From: Azolla caroliniana
Taxonomy: Eukaryota > Plantae > Polypodiophyta
DNA length: 64,000 nt
Direction of reading: 5' to 3'
Assembly (NCBI GenBank): GCA_043228905.1
Contig: JBHGNT010000002.1
Span: 17,360,001 to 17,424,000 of the forward strand
The translations under genes were made by a program, and so were the position numbers. Positions 38,606-50,900 of this stretch are shown piece by piece. Position 1 is the first letter of the stretch; each line of letters begins with the position of its first letter. Under the pieces are notes generated by a model. It ran no database searches. It was given only the letters and a program-made list of their open reading frames with translations, and was not told the DNA's origin.

Positions 38606-40303
38606 GATTTTTTATTTTTTCAAATGCTGAATGGGTTTTAGATTTGTTTTCCAACATAGTTATATAAAACTTGTCACATCAATTTAGTGTAACGCTATAG
38701 TCTATTCTTAAATTTGATGTTATATGTACAATTTCATTCTATTGTCATGTACTACTACAAGATGTGTCTTAAAGATGTTCAGGAACTCTGTTGCATTAGA
38801 GAAGGACCCTGAGCAAGTTATTTTCATCAAAATGAGGATCCAAGGTATTTGGGACTGTCCTGATCAAGACCAAGAAGTTGGGGCAAAGCATATCAATGAA
38901 ACTGAGATGTTCCAGATGACTTCTAGAGAACCTATGGAACCTATAGATGAAGAAGCACGAGACCTTGTTGAATTAGAAGATGTGTCAGAGTCTTAACATA
39001 CTAGCGATTCAACTTAGTGTACCGACGAAGCCAATGAAGACAATCCTGATGAAAGAGCTAATCTTGAAGAGATGGATTTACCAGACTTATTATTCGATTG
39101 AACGGATATGGCTTATTGTAAAATTTGAACAATATGAATTGTTAAATTTTTACGTAATATATAAGTTGAGCTTATTTATAATTTTTGTGTAACCCTCATT
39201 GAACTTAGAGATTAAGTATAATTTGTATGTGTACATCGTTTGGGGTATATGGAAGTTAAAATTATACTCTATGATTTACTCGTATGATTGGAATGTTATT
39301 GTAGACTAGTTTACTTATACATTGACGGTGTCATGTATCACATGTCAATGGAAATTTTCTCTTGACATACTAGTATCTCTTAATTGCAAGTTTCACAATT
39401 TGCTTTAAGATATATTATATATAAATATACACACATAATTAGAAGAAGTCACTTATTGAGTGGGGTATGCATTTTAGAATATGCACAAGGACTCGTGTTA
39501 CTATTATACTTCCATTGACGAATATACCCCTGTCTAAGATTTGGACAAAAACATGGTAGATAGAATATACGTCGGATGATTTTGTTGACGTGATATCAGT
39601 TAGTTCTATTTTTCGCTATGTTTTCATAAACCACATACGCATGCGTCGTGCCTTTTTGAAATTCTGCTTAAATAAGGGGTGAAAGCATGCGAGTGGAAAC
39701 AATTAGCTATGTCCTTGACATAGCTAATTAGCTATGCAAAAAGCTACCATTGATAAATAGTCATTTTAGTAAAAAGCCATCATTAATAAATTAAGTATGC
39801 AAAAAACTACCATTGAAAATACTAGAGTTGTTATTCGCTTAGCCGGACAAGGCCTAACACAAGGTGTCACGGAGACACTTCACCAAAGGGTGATTACGGC
39901 ATAGGATTAAGATTCAACGATTACACCGACTTACGTAGGTTACACGATTAGATTGCTTTGGTTAATTACACGCGTAAGATACAACAGTAAATACAGAACG
40001 GAAATCAAGACAGAAGTATAAACATCATAAACTGTATTAATTATCCGCTGTCATTACAATGGGGTCCGAGCCTTTAAATAGGTTTCCGGCCCGTAGTACA
40101 AAACGGTGCCTCTCGCACCTATTCGGGATCCGTCCGGATCTGGAACGACATACCGTTTCCAGTCCGTCCGTCCACACTATGCTCATTTACAACCATATCT
40201 AATTAATTCCTTCACTCCGTATTTTGGACTCCTTGCCGGCCGGTAACACATGGCACGCCCGTGGGACAGTACCTTGTACGTCGAACCCTTCTCGGCCCCT
40301 TCA

Positions 40304-43000
40304 TTATTCACCCAAATTGTCCAAAATACTTTGTTCAAGAATTTCCACTTGTTCTTCCGGTTGTGGTTGTTGCGGCTGTGCTTGCTGCTGCTGTTGTGGT
40401 TGCGGTTGGGACTGAGGCTGCTCTGGCTGCTCTGCTTGCTGCTGCTGCTCCGTTTGTTTCGCTGACTCCGGCTGCTCCGTTTGTCTCTCTGGCTCCGGCA
40501 TCTCCGTTTGACTGCTTCCGGTCCGGTCTCCTTCCAGTAACGGTTCCTCATCACTGAGGTTGACCGTAACTGGTTCTCGTTCTTTCTCTCCCCGGATCCG
40601 GGACCTCTCGTAACTTTCAAACTGGATCTGCGCCTCCAGCCTGTCGTCGTCCAGCTGAGCTACAAGTTGCCGGACTTGCTCTAGTTGGTCCTCTGCCAAG
40701 GCTTGAAAGTCTTCGGCCAGCTCATCTCTTATGCCGGTGAAATCTTCAGAATTCAGCATATAGCAATCATCTCCCTCCTTCCGCCGGTTCTCTACGTCAG
40801 CCCGGAGCAATTGGAGTTCCGCCGCGTTCGTGGCCCACTTGGTCCACCATTTGACGGAACCGTTGTCAATCAAGCTCTTGGTCTGGTTCAACCAGGCCCG
40901 CATTATATCCTGGATGCGACTTGCTCCCATTTGTGCTCTGCTTTCCACCACTTGTCGCTCCTCCTTCAACTGCTTGATGAGATTTGCCGTATCCTTCGCC
41001 TGCTCTCTGTAGCGCGTCAGCTGCCCTTGATATGTCGTTTGCAGCCTCTGCAGTACCTCCGCCGCTCTTTCTTTTTCCGCCTGCTGTTGCCTGAGGAGCT
41101 CTGTCCGAACCTTCTCCGCCTCTTCCAACCGTCTTCTGTTTTCCGCTTGTTCCTTGGCGAATGCGGTTGCGGTCCGATCAACTGCTTGCCGGAGCTCATC
41201 CGTCCGTTCCTTGTGCTCCATTTGCAACCGTTTATACTCCCGGTGCAATTGCTCAAATTCCTCCGTTTTTTGTTTGAGCTTGCCGTTGATCTGGCGATGG
41301 TTCCGGTCCTCCCGGTCCTTTACCTGCCGGAGTTCCTCTTTCAGGCGCTCTACTTCTGTTTCGGCGTTCCTCCGGAGCCTCTCCTTCTCTTGCAGCATTT
41401 TCTCCTTCTCCTCCTTGAGCCGGTCGTACGCTTGGTGGCCTTTCCGTAAGCTCTCCTCGGCCCAGCGTAGATTCTCAGCAGTCTTTTTGAGTTCTGCCTC
41501 CGCTGCCGTCTTCAATTCTCTTTCGCGGCTCCTCAGCGCTTCTTGGGCAGCTAGCTCATCCTTTAAATCCGCAAGCTCTTGGGCTTGTGCCGCATTTCTC
41601 TCCGGAACGGTTTCCGTTGCCGGGGTCTGATTGCTATGTACAGGTTGATCTGCCGCTTTATTCTGTACATTGCCCGGAGTCACCGGTGCTTGGACTTGTG
41701 TTGTCAAAGCCACTTGAGCCATTTCCCTTGTGACCCTGTCCAAGTCTTGTTCAAGGCTCCGGATTCTGGACCGGGCCGTCTCTAGATCTACGGTTGTGAC
41801 GAGCAACCGTTCCTGGTGCGCTCTCTCTTCCGCCTCTATATACTCGACCACTCCGGCGATTTGCTCGCCTACCCACCGTAGCCACATGCTATTGGTGCCT
41901 TGTTGCTGTACTGGTCGGGTCGGCTCATTCACTGTGGAATTGTCTGGCCTGAGTGCCTGCATATGCCGTTCTGGTTCTACTCCTTGGCCGCCGTGTGTTC
42001 TGGCTGGGCTCGCCGGCTGTTCAGTTCCGGTTCTCGCCGTCTCCGGATCCGTTGGAATGACTTCTTCTATAGAAGTCGACAAGACCGGTTCCTTACGCAC
42101 CGGTTCCGGTTCCTCCCTTGTGGTTTGCTCAGGTTGAGTTGGGGGCGTTTCTGCCTCTCGCGGGTACGACCGCTCCCCTCCTGTCTCGGCGGTCCTACCT
42201 CTTGACCGTCGTTGGAGGTGCTCTTCTGGCTCCTCCGTTTCCTCTTCCTGTGTCACGGCATGTTTCTGTGCCGTCAAGGGTTCCGGTTCCTTCTGTCCCG
42301 GTCTCCGTATGGTTATCTTGACGGGTCGAACCGGTGACACCTCCTCCGGTTCTGGAACCCGTTTCTTCCCTTTCGTCGCCTTCGACGTCAGCAGCTGCTG
42401 TCGTTTGGACGCCGGCTTCGAGGTGCTTCCTTACGATACTCTTGGCCGCTTCTTTGGCTGGACGGTCTCGACCGGCGACACGAGCAATGTTATCCATTGA
42501 GCTACGGCGTGCCACAGCTTCCGGCCCTCCTTGCCGTCCTTTCCTCGTACCATGTCGATTGCCGTGCACAAACCGTCTGCAATCAACACCGGCCAGTCCA
42601 CCTTGATCCCTTCATAGGTGGCTATGATCATCCCTGCCCGATTTTTTGGCATGACAGGGGGTCGGGGGTACACGTGACCGTACTCATGGAGCACTCGAGC
42701 TATCTCCCTGAATAGCGGATCTTCGCCGCCCTGTGTCTGATAGCCTTTGCCGGCAACAGAGTACTCACCGAAATATCGGATGAGTTGCTCCGAGGTTGGG
42801 TTATCGATCTGAAAGATTCCTCCCTCCGGAAGGCCTGTTAGCGCACGGATCGCTTCCTCGGTGATGACCTCTGTGGCGAGCTCCTTGATGACCCGGTCGG
42901 CTTCTCTGTGCGGCGGTGCCTCCATGATGGCCAAGAACCCCTCCAGTCCGTGTTGCCTGAACCATTTCCTGGCCGCTTCCGACAGCGTTTGTGGTTCCAT
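40304..43000 (-). pseudogene. Extra ORF (~900 aa): globular N-terminal domain, disordered linker, long coiled coil, Q/P-rich tail; single TAA at 42431-42433
   Basis: ORFs 42431-43300 and 40304-42340 are in one frame with 30 open codons between them. Confidence 0.8.
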
Positions 43001-43365
43001 GTCTGCTTCAAGGTCGAGGGAAGATGGCGAAGTAGAGTGGTGATGAGAGTGAGAGCGAGAGAGAGAGCGTTCTGAGCGCGGGGGTTCTCTGCGTGCAGGT
43101 TCGCGTTTGCTCAGCTTCCACTGCCTTGGTGCTTCTGTGCTTCTTGGCTCGCGAAAAAAGAAGGTCTCCATGCGCTCTTCTTTTTCTCTGTGCGTCTTGG
43201 CGCCTTTTTTCGAGCATGCGCACGTCGTGTACCGATTTAGTATTAAGTACGTGGCGGCTCTTAAATGCCCACTACGTACCTTTTCGCGCCTTGCTTTCAC
43301 ACCCGTTCATACCTCGATTTTTAATGATTTTTTTTTTTTTTTTTTTTTTTTGACGGTATGTGATC

Positions 43366-46245
43366 TTACACATCCGTAGGTCCCTTCGGACCCTTACCGT
43401 TTTCCTTACGGGTTGCCGTGTCTTCCTTTGCCTCTGCCACTGGTTCCCCGTCGTCCTTTCCTTCCATCCGTACCGTTCCCGGTATAGTGCCGGTGGGCTG
43501 CATAAACGGGTTCTTTGGCATCGGTCCTTTATAGGGCTTTAGTCGAAATCCGTTCACCCACTTGCCTAGTACTTCACCGGCAAGTGTTCCTATCTGATAG
43601 GACCCGTTGTATTCCCGTGTCAGCCAATACGGGCCTGTCCATCTGAACCGGAGTTTACCCGGCATTTTGCCCATCCTCGTTTGGAATACTAGCACCGGCT
43701 TTCCGATTTCGAACATCTTCTCATTACCTTTCCGGTGACGGTCAACGAACGCTTTCCGTCGTCGTTGCTCCAGTTCCATGTGTAGGATGTTGGCCAGCCG
43801 TTGCTCCTCCAGTTCGCATAGTGCTGCTAGCCGCATTTCCTCCGACTTCTTTTCATTCAGCCGTTCTCGTAGTTGGATCCGTAAGCTTGGTACCTGAAAT
43901 TCCACCGGCATGACCGCTTCTAAGCCGAATGCTAACCGGAACGGTGTTGTCCGGATACTTGTTTTGTATGCCGTTCGGTACGCCCATAGCGCGCTATGGA
44001 GCTTTGTATCCCAGTCCGTGCGGTTTTCATTGACGATTTTGCGGAGAATGTTCTGCAGCGTTTTGTTGGTGGACTCTGCTAACCCGTTCGCCTGTGGGTA
44101 GTACGGTGTGCTTCGTTTGTGGACCACGGCATAGAACGTTGTTAAGCTTTCCACTACCTGGCCGAGGAAGTGCCCTCCTTGGTCGCTGATTAATTCAATC
44201 GGACATCCATATCGGCACCAAATGTTTTCGTACAGGAATTTTGCTGTGGATGACGCGGTGTTGTCTCTCAGGGCCTTAGCTTCCACCCATTTAGTGCAAT
44301 AATCCGTTGCCACTATGACATAACGATTACCCGTTCTCATTGCCGGTGGCTTGAACGGTCCGACAAAATCCAACCCCCACTTCTGGAATGGCTCTAGTGG
44401 AAGTACCGGTTGGTGTGGCATCCGTGCTTGCTCCGTAGGCTGGCCCATTCGTTGGCATAGGTCACATTCCTTAGCATACTTGACGGCGTCTTTTAACGTC
44501 GTGGGCCACCACAAGCCGCTCTGCCATACTTTCCTTGCCGTCACTTCCCCGGCATAGTGTCCTCCGGCAACCCCACAGTGTGCTTCCCGTAAGATTACTT
44601 CTTTCTCGTCACTACGGACTGCCCGTCTCCATATTCCATCTGCTCCCTTGTGGTAGAGAGTGTCCCGTAATAGACAGAAATTGCGGCTCTGCACCGCCAG
44701 TCGTTTCCTCTCGTCCCGGTTCATTTCCTCCGGTGGCAAGCCCGTGCTTAGGAACTGGTGCATGTTTGTCAGCCACCTATCTTCTGATGCCACCGTGTCG
44801 TCCGCTGCCGTTTCCGGGGTGATACGGAATAACTCTGCGTCCGGGAATTCATCCGCTACTCCGTCGCCTGGTTCTCCGGACTCTAATCGGCTTAGATAGT
44901 CTGCTACGGCATGCTGGATACCGGGCCGGTGGAAAATCTCGAATTCGAACTCCTGCAACAGCAAGGTCCAACGGGCCAACTTACCGGTCAGGGACGCCTT
45001 GGACACTAAGTACAGGAGCGCCGAGTGATCCACATGAAAGGAGAACTTCCTTCCCAATAGGTAATGCCGGAACTTTGTTACACTGTAGATCATGCCCAGG
45101 GCCTCCCGTTCCGTCGTTGAATAGTTCTTCTCCGCTTGGGACAGCTTCCGGCTGGCGTAATATACCGGCCGGTACCATTTGGGCTCCGTAAGTTGCATTA
45201 AGGCGCTGCCGATAGCGATGTCGGAAGCGTCAACGAACACATGAAATTCCTTGCTCCAATCCGGAGGTTGCACGACGGGTGCTTGCGACAAAAGTACCTT
45301 CAGGGCATTGTATGCCTTATCCTCCGTCTCCGTCCATTGGAACGGTGTCCGATGTACCGCGGTGTGTAATGGTGTCGCCAAATCCGCCAAGTGACGGAGC
45401 ATCCGGCTGTGCCACCGGATTTGTCCTAAGAATCGGCTTAGTGCTTTGGCTGTTTTCGGTGCCGGTGCCCCTAGTATGGCGTTTACTTTATCCGGGTCGA
45501 CCGCAATGCCCTCCTTACTTACAATGTGTCCCAGCAATATTCCACTTGAAACTCCAAAGATGCATTTTGCTGGGTTTAAGCTTAGCCGGTATAACCTACA
45601 CTTTTCCAGGCATAACCGTAGGTGCTGCAAATGGTCTTTTCCCCGGCTATAGACTGCAAAATCATCCAGGAAAACTTGCATGAAGGCAGGAATGTATTCG
45701 CCGAAGATCTCCATGATGATTCGCTGGAACGTTGCTGGTGCCGTTTTTAGGCCGAACATCATGACTTCGGCCACAAACACCCCCCATTCGGTGACGAACG
45801 CTGTCTTCTCCTGGTCGTTGGGGTGCATCCGGATTTGATTGTATCCGCTGAAGCCGTCTAAAAAACTATAAACTTCATGGCCGGCGACGGCATCCAGTAC
45901 TCCATCCGTGAACGGAAGAGGGAATGCATCCGTAATTGTGGCTGCATTTAGTTTCCTGTAATCTACACACACACGGATTTTACCGTTCTTCTTGGGGACG
46001 ACGACGATGGGGCTCAGCCACGTCGCTTTCTTTACCGGCCGGATGAAGCCCACTCTTAGGAGTTTGTCGATTTCCTCCTTTACTTTGGCGGCGTAGTTGG
46101 GGTTCATTCGGTAACGTCTTTGCGCCACTGGTTTCGCGTCCTTGCCTAAGTGGATCTGATGCTGATATAGTTGAGGGTCCAGCCCTCGCATGTCCTCGTA
46201 TGACCAGGTGAATACGTCGCGAAACTCCGTGAGAAGTTTGATCAT
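43366..46245 (-). CDS. pol: Uninterrupted RT-RNase H-integrase ORF
   Basis: RVCVDYRKLN, FLDGFSGYNQI, FLDD, VDASD, NYSTTERE, HHCC, WGLDFVGP, SDQG, NGLAE, WTGPY. No chromodomain. Confidence 0.93.
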   Translation of the reverse strand: MIKLLTEFRDVFTWSYEDMRGLDPQLYQHQIHLGKDAKPVAQRRYRMNPNYAAKVKEEIDKLLRVGFIRPVKKATWLSPIVVVPKKNGKIRVCVDYRKLNAATITDAFPLPFTDGVLDAVAGHEVYSFLDGFSGYNQIRMHPNDQEKTAFVTEWGVFVAEVMMFGLKTAPATFQRIIMEIFGEYIPAFMQVFLDDFAVYSRGKDHLQHLRLCLEKCRLYRLSLNPAKCIFGVSSGILLGHIVSKEGIAVDPDKVNAILGAPAPKTAKALSRFLGQIRWHSRMLRHLADLATPLHTAVHRTPFQWTETEDKAYNALKVLLSQAPVVQPPDWSKEFHVFVDASDIAIGSALMQLTEPKWYRPVYYASRKLSQAEKNYSTTEREALGMIYSVTKFRHYLLGRKFSFHVDHSALLYLVSKASLTGKLARWTLLLQEFEFEIFHRPGIQHAVADYLSRLESGEPGDGVADEFPDAELFRITPETAADDTVASEDRWLTNMHQFLSTGLPPEEMNRDERKRLAVQSRNFCLLRDTLYHKGADGIWRRAVRSDEKEVILREAHCGVAGGHYAGEVTARKVWQSGLWWPTTLKDAVKYAKECDLCQRMGQPTEQARMPHQPVLPLEPFQKWGLDFVGPFKPPAMRTGNRYVIVATDYCTKWVEAKALRDNTASSTAKFLYENIWCRYGCPIELISDQGGHFLGQVVESLTTFYAVVHKRSTPYYPQANGLAESTNKTLQNILRKIVNENRTDWDTKLHSALWAYRTAYKTSIRTTPFRLAFGLEAVMPVEFQVPSLRIQLRERLNEKKSEEMRLAALCELEEQRLANILHMELEQRRRKAFVDRHRKGNEKMFEIGKPVLVFQTRMGKMPGKLRFRWTGPYWLTREYNGSYQIGTLAGEVLGKWVNGFRLKPYKGPMPKNPFMQPTGTIPGTVRMEGKDDGEPVAEAKEDTATRKENGKGPKGPTDV

Positions 46246-46904
46246 AGTTTGATCATCCCATCGTGGTCGCCAAAACTGTGTTATTCGCTTAGCCGGACAA
46301 GGCCTAACACAAGGTGTCACGGAGACACTTCACCAAAGGGTGATTACGGCATAGGATTAAGATTCAACGATTACACCGACTTACGTAGGTTACACGATTA
46401 GATTGCTTTGGTTAATTACACGCGTAAGATACAACAGTAAATACAGAACGGAAATCAAGACAGAAGTATAAACATCATAAACTGTATTAATTATCCGCTG
46501 TCATTACAATGGGGTCCGGGCCTTTAAATAGGTTTCCGGCCCGTAGTACAAAACGGTGCCTCTCGCACCTATTCGGAATCCGTCCGGATCTGGAACGGCA
46601 TACCGTTTCCAGTCCGTCCGTCCACACTATGCTCATTTACAACCATATCTAATTAATTCCTTCACTCCGTATTTTGGACTCCTTGCCGGCCGGTAACAAG
46701 AGTGTTTTAATTACATATGTAAATGAGTGCCATAAATGTGCAACATAAATTGATGTGTGCACCATAAATGTGTACCATAAATTATATATCGAATTCCTAG
46801 GTCCATTATGCATGATCCTTTGCCACATCACGTAGGCCATCTCTAGTTGAGTATTGTGGGTTAGTTGCTACCACTGTTGCTAAACCCTATCGAGTCCACC
46901 TGCC

Positions 46905-47810
46905 GCCACTCTACACTGAGGGGCTGCTACTGTGCGTTCCAAGCATCATCAAAGAGCTGCTCAATCTGACGGGGTTCTCTTCTCTGTGACACTCTACACT
47001 CAGGGGCCACTACTGTGCATTCCAAGCATCATCAAAGAGCTGTTCAATCTGACGGGGTTCTCTTCTCTGTGCCACTCTACACTCAGGGGCCATTACTGTG
47101 CGTTCCAAGCATCATCAAAGAGCTGTTCAATCTGAGGGGGTTCTCTTCTCTGTGCCACTCTACACTCAGGGGCCATTACTGTGCGTTCCAAGCATCATCA
47201 AAGAGCTGTTCAATCTGAGGGGGTTCTCTTCTCTTTGCCACTCTACACTCAGGGGCCGCTGCTGTGCGTTCCAAGCATCATCAAAGAGCTGTTGAATCTG
47301 ACGGGGTTCTCTTCTCTTTGCCACTCTACACTCAAGGGTTGCTACTGTGCGTTCCAAGCATAATCAAAGAGCTATTCAATCTGACGGGGTTCTCTTCTCT
47401 TTTCCACTCTCACTCAGGGGCCGCTACTGTGCGTTTCAAGCATCATTGGTAACTGTTCAATCTGACGGGGTTCTCTTCTCTTTTCCACTCTCACTCAGGG
47501 GCCGCTACTGTGCGTTTCAAGCATCATTGGTAACTGTTCAATCTGACGGGGTTCTCTTCTCTATGCCACTCTATTCTCAAGTGCCTTCTATGTGCGTTTC
47601 AAGCATCATCGGTAATTGTTCAATCTGACGGGGTTCTCTCCTCCATTGCCATCATTCTATACTCAGTTGCCACTATTGTCCAGTCCCGGATTGCTTCCAC
47701 ATTTCGATTTGACGGAGTTCACTCATCCAACGGCAACATTCTACACTCAGTTGTTGCCATTGGTCGGTCTTGGATCGCCTCCTCAACTGTTGGATCCAAC
47801 AGAGTGAAAT
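46905..47810. repeat. 83-bp minisatellite (about 9-10 units, degenerating rightwards) upstream of the transposase
   Basis: Period 83 (46932, 47015, 47098, 47181, 47264, 47347), then 81-bp and decayed variants. Confidence 0.92.
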
Positions 47811-47974
47811 CCTCTACTGTTCGGTCTTGGATTGCAATAACTTTTCTGTTTATTGATTATCTTGTGTATTGTTGTGTCTAATCTTGTGTATTGTGTGGAA
47901 TATTTTTGTGTATTGTTGTTGCCCATAGCCATCTTTAATACTTGTTTTTTTTTCTGGAAATTTAGGGTTTTAAC

Positions 47975-50900
47975 ATGTCTAGCCAAATGGAAGGGGAAGA
48001 AGGGTGTTTAGAATTACCCCTCAATGATCATAAGGATAGGGATGATGTTATCAGGACACAACAAGCCATACGAAACTATTGGGCAGAAAAAAAAAGGAAA
48101 CATCGTCAATTGTTGAAGGATACGAAAGCCACACTCAGTAAAGGTAAGGATAGTTTAGCTGAGAATGTAAGTAATGCGACTACCATCATAGAGAGAAAGG
48201 TTGTAGACTATTTCAATGTTCAAACCAAGCACATCAGCAATGAAGAAAAGAAGGTAGTACTTTATGGAATATGTAATGATCCATCGATAAAGGACTTAGT
48301 TGATTGTGATGGTCTTAATGCAAACATATCATCTATTTTAGTAAATAATCTTCGTAATAGTTTCGTATCCATGAGCAGGTCAGAAGATGATCTTGTCTTA
48401 AAAAGGTCTAGTCTAATGATGTTACTTAATAGTGATGTTGACGATATAAACATCAGTGAGCTATCTAAGGTAATTGGTGTTAGTAGAAAAACAGTGTACA
48501 ATACAATGAACCGTATAATTTCCTCGGGTGAAGGAACTAGTCTACTAAAGCTAACTACAAGATGTAAGCCAATGACACCCATAACATTTGAAATCAAGGA
48601 TGTAATCACAATGTTTTGGACTAATGAGAGTAGGGTTTCACCCAATAAAAAGGATTTATGCAGGAAACGTGTTGGAAGAAATCAATACTAGGAGCATCCC
48701 ATTCATCTTCTTGATGTACCTCAGGTATTTACATTTATCTCAACATTTGTTTTGACTCTACTCGGAAAGTTAATTAGCTCAGTTAGCAGAAAAGCTAATT
48801 AGCTTATCAGTTACATTTACCTCAGTTAGCTACTAGGATCGCTACTACATAGGTAACTAGCTACTCTCAATAGTTACTACCATGATAGCTAATTAGCTAT
48901 TCTCAATAGCTAATTTAGGTACTACCAGATAATTAGCTGTACTGCTAGCTAGTTAGCTATCATGGTAGCTAGTTAGCTGTTTCGTTATTACCAGCTAATT
49001 AGCTACTAGGAAAGCTAATTAGCTACCATGATAGCTAATTAGCTACTATGATAGCTACTACATAGGTAACTGGCTACTCTCAATAGCTACTACCATGATA
49101 GCTAATTAGTTAGGATAGCTAATTAGCCACCATTATAGCTAATTAGCTACTAGACCAGCTAATTAGCTACCATGATAGCTAATTAGTTACTAGGACAGCT
49201 AATTAACCACCGTGATAGCTAATTAGCTACCATGATAGCTAATTAGCTACTATACCAGCTAATTAGCTACCATGATAGCTAATTAGCTACTATACCAGCT
49301 AATTAGCTACCATGATAGCTAATTAGTTCCTAGGAAAGCTAATCAGCCACCATTATAGCTAATTAGCTACTAGGACAACTAATTAGCTACTAGGACAGCT
49401 AATTAGCTACCATGATAGCTAATTAGCTACTACGACAGCTAATTAGCTACCATGACAGCTAATTAGCTACTAGAATAGCTAATTAGCTACCATGATAGGT
49501 AATTAGCTACTACGACAGCTAATTAGCTACCATGATAGCTAATTAGCTACTACGACAGCTAATTAGCTACCATGATAGCTAATTAGCTACTAGAATAGCT
49601 AATTAGCTACTAGAATAGCTAATTAGCTACCATGATAGCTAATTAGCTACTACGACAGCTAATTAGCTACCATGATAGCTAATTAGCTACTACGACAGCT
49701 AATTAGCTACCATGATAGCTAATTAGCTACTAGGACAACCAATTAGCTACTAGGACAGCTAATTAGCTACCATGATAGCTAATTAGCTACTACGACAGCT
49801 AATTAGCTACCATGATAGCTAATTGGCTACTAGAATAGCTAATTAGCTACCATGATAGCTAATTAGCTACTACGACAGCTAATTAACTACCATGATAGCT
49901 AATTAGCTACTAGGACAACTAATTAGCTACCATGATAGCTAATTAGCTACTAGAATAGCTAACTAGCTACTAGAATAGCTAATTAGCTACTAGGATAGTT
50001 AGCTAGTTACGAGAATAACTAATTCCCCTTTATTACGCAGGTCGATTTATTTATTAGGTTCAAACGAATGCATCCAACTATCAAAGTTCAACTACGAACA
50101 TTCGAGTCTCTTAAGCCACACTTTGTGAGACGCTTAAAGGATCGATACACATGTTGTTGCATTTACCATGTACAGATGGGTTTTCTGAAGGACTCTGTTA
50201 ATCTACTACGTCACCATAGCGCATCCCTAACTAATACAGTTTGCACATGTGGGTGCCAAATCTGTCGATCAAGCCCGCAAAAGGAGTGTAAATCATCTGA
50301 GCACGTTATCTCTTCCATGAGTTATTTATTAGATTCAATATTGTGTCCGAGAGAATCTGACGCTATCTTCCATATTCATAAATGTGTCATGGGTTTATGT
50401 CAAGATTGTGGCCCTACTAGATTTAGGTGGTGTCCAAATGAATTGAGTAGTGAAATATTGATCTCTGTGAAGTTATTTGAGTCAGTGAACACCAATTTCG
50501 AAGGAAAGGTGTGTAAAAGAAAGGATCTAGTTCGGAAGATGCTTAAACCAAGGGATTTGGTGTCTCTGTTTGTAGTATCTCTAGGAAAGTTCATTAAACA
50601 CAACTTCATTTATTCATGGCAGGCCCATCAGTTTAAGACTTGCATATCTGATTTCCCAAATGATGTAGTAGTCTCAGTAGTAGATTTCGCAGAGAATTAT
50701 ACTTTCAAGCAGCAGAATGAAATTCAATCTATGCATTGGTGTTCAGTTCAGGTAACCATTTTTGTGCACATAACATATTTTCGAGTTTCAGGTGATGTTA
50801 AAAAAGTAATTCATTTCTTTATTTCCGATGATAAGAAGCATGATACCTTGTTCGTCCAACACTGTTTTAAGTTACATTGGCAGTGGTTATTAGCTCAACG

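Larger units (their letters stand above)
39829..46698 (-). mobile_element. Young non-chromovirus Ty3/gypsy lacking gag and protease, with an extra 3' ORF
   Basis: 420-bp LTRs 39829-40248 and 46279-46698, 3 differences. TSD AGAGT (39824-39828, 46699-46703). PBS at 46256-46272. Confidence 0.93.

Noticed and set aside
38724-39192. Short ORFs in the outer DNA element
   Set aside because: Acidic, possibly a decayed gene end, but no recognisable motif and broken frames.
40685-42606. Long + strand ORFs opposite the extra ORF
   Set aside because: Antisense shadows of a GC-rich coding frame with no gag-like motifs, although the + strand PBS makes them worth a quick homology search.
46246-46320. N-terminal 25 aa of the 984-aa ORF
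   Set aside because: Reads through LTR and PBS sequence from a GTG; pol homology starts near the ATG at 46245.
46932-47807. Series of 60-93 aa ORFs starting MRSKHHQ
   Set aside because: Artefacts of the 83-bp tandem repeat.
48689-48691. RNA editing or programmed readthrough to rescue single stops (also 42431, 52761, 52443)
   Set aside because: Most are reachable by C>T from CAG/CAA/CGA, the expected decay of methylated transposons; U-to-C editing is organellar.
48770-50022. CRISPR-like repeat-spacer appearance of the palindrome arrays (also 54055-55808 and 37955-38605)
   Set aside because: Spacers are a few recurring 6-mers or low-complexity A/T tracts, there are no cas genes, and the context is eukaryotic and largely intronic.
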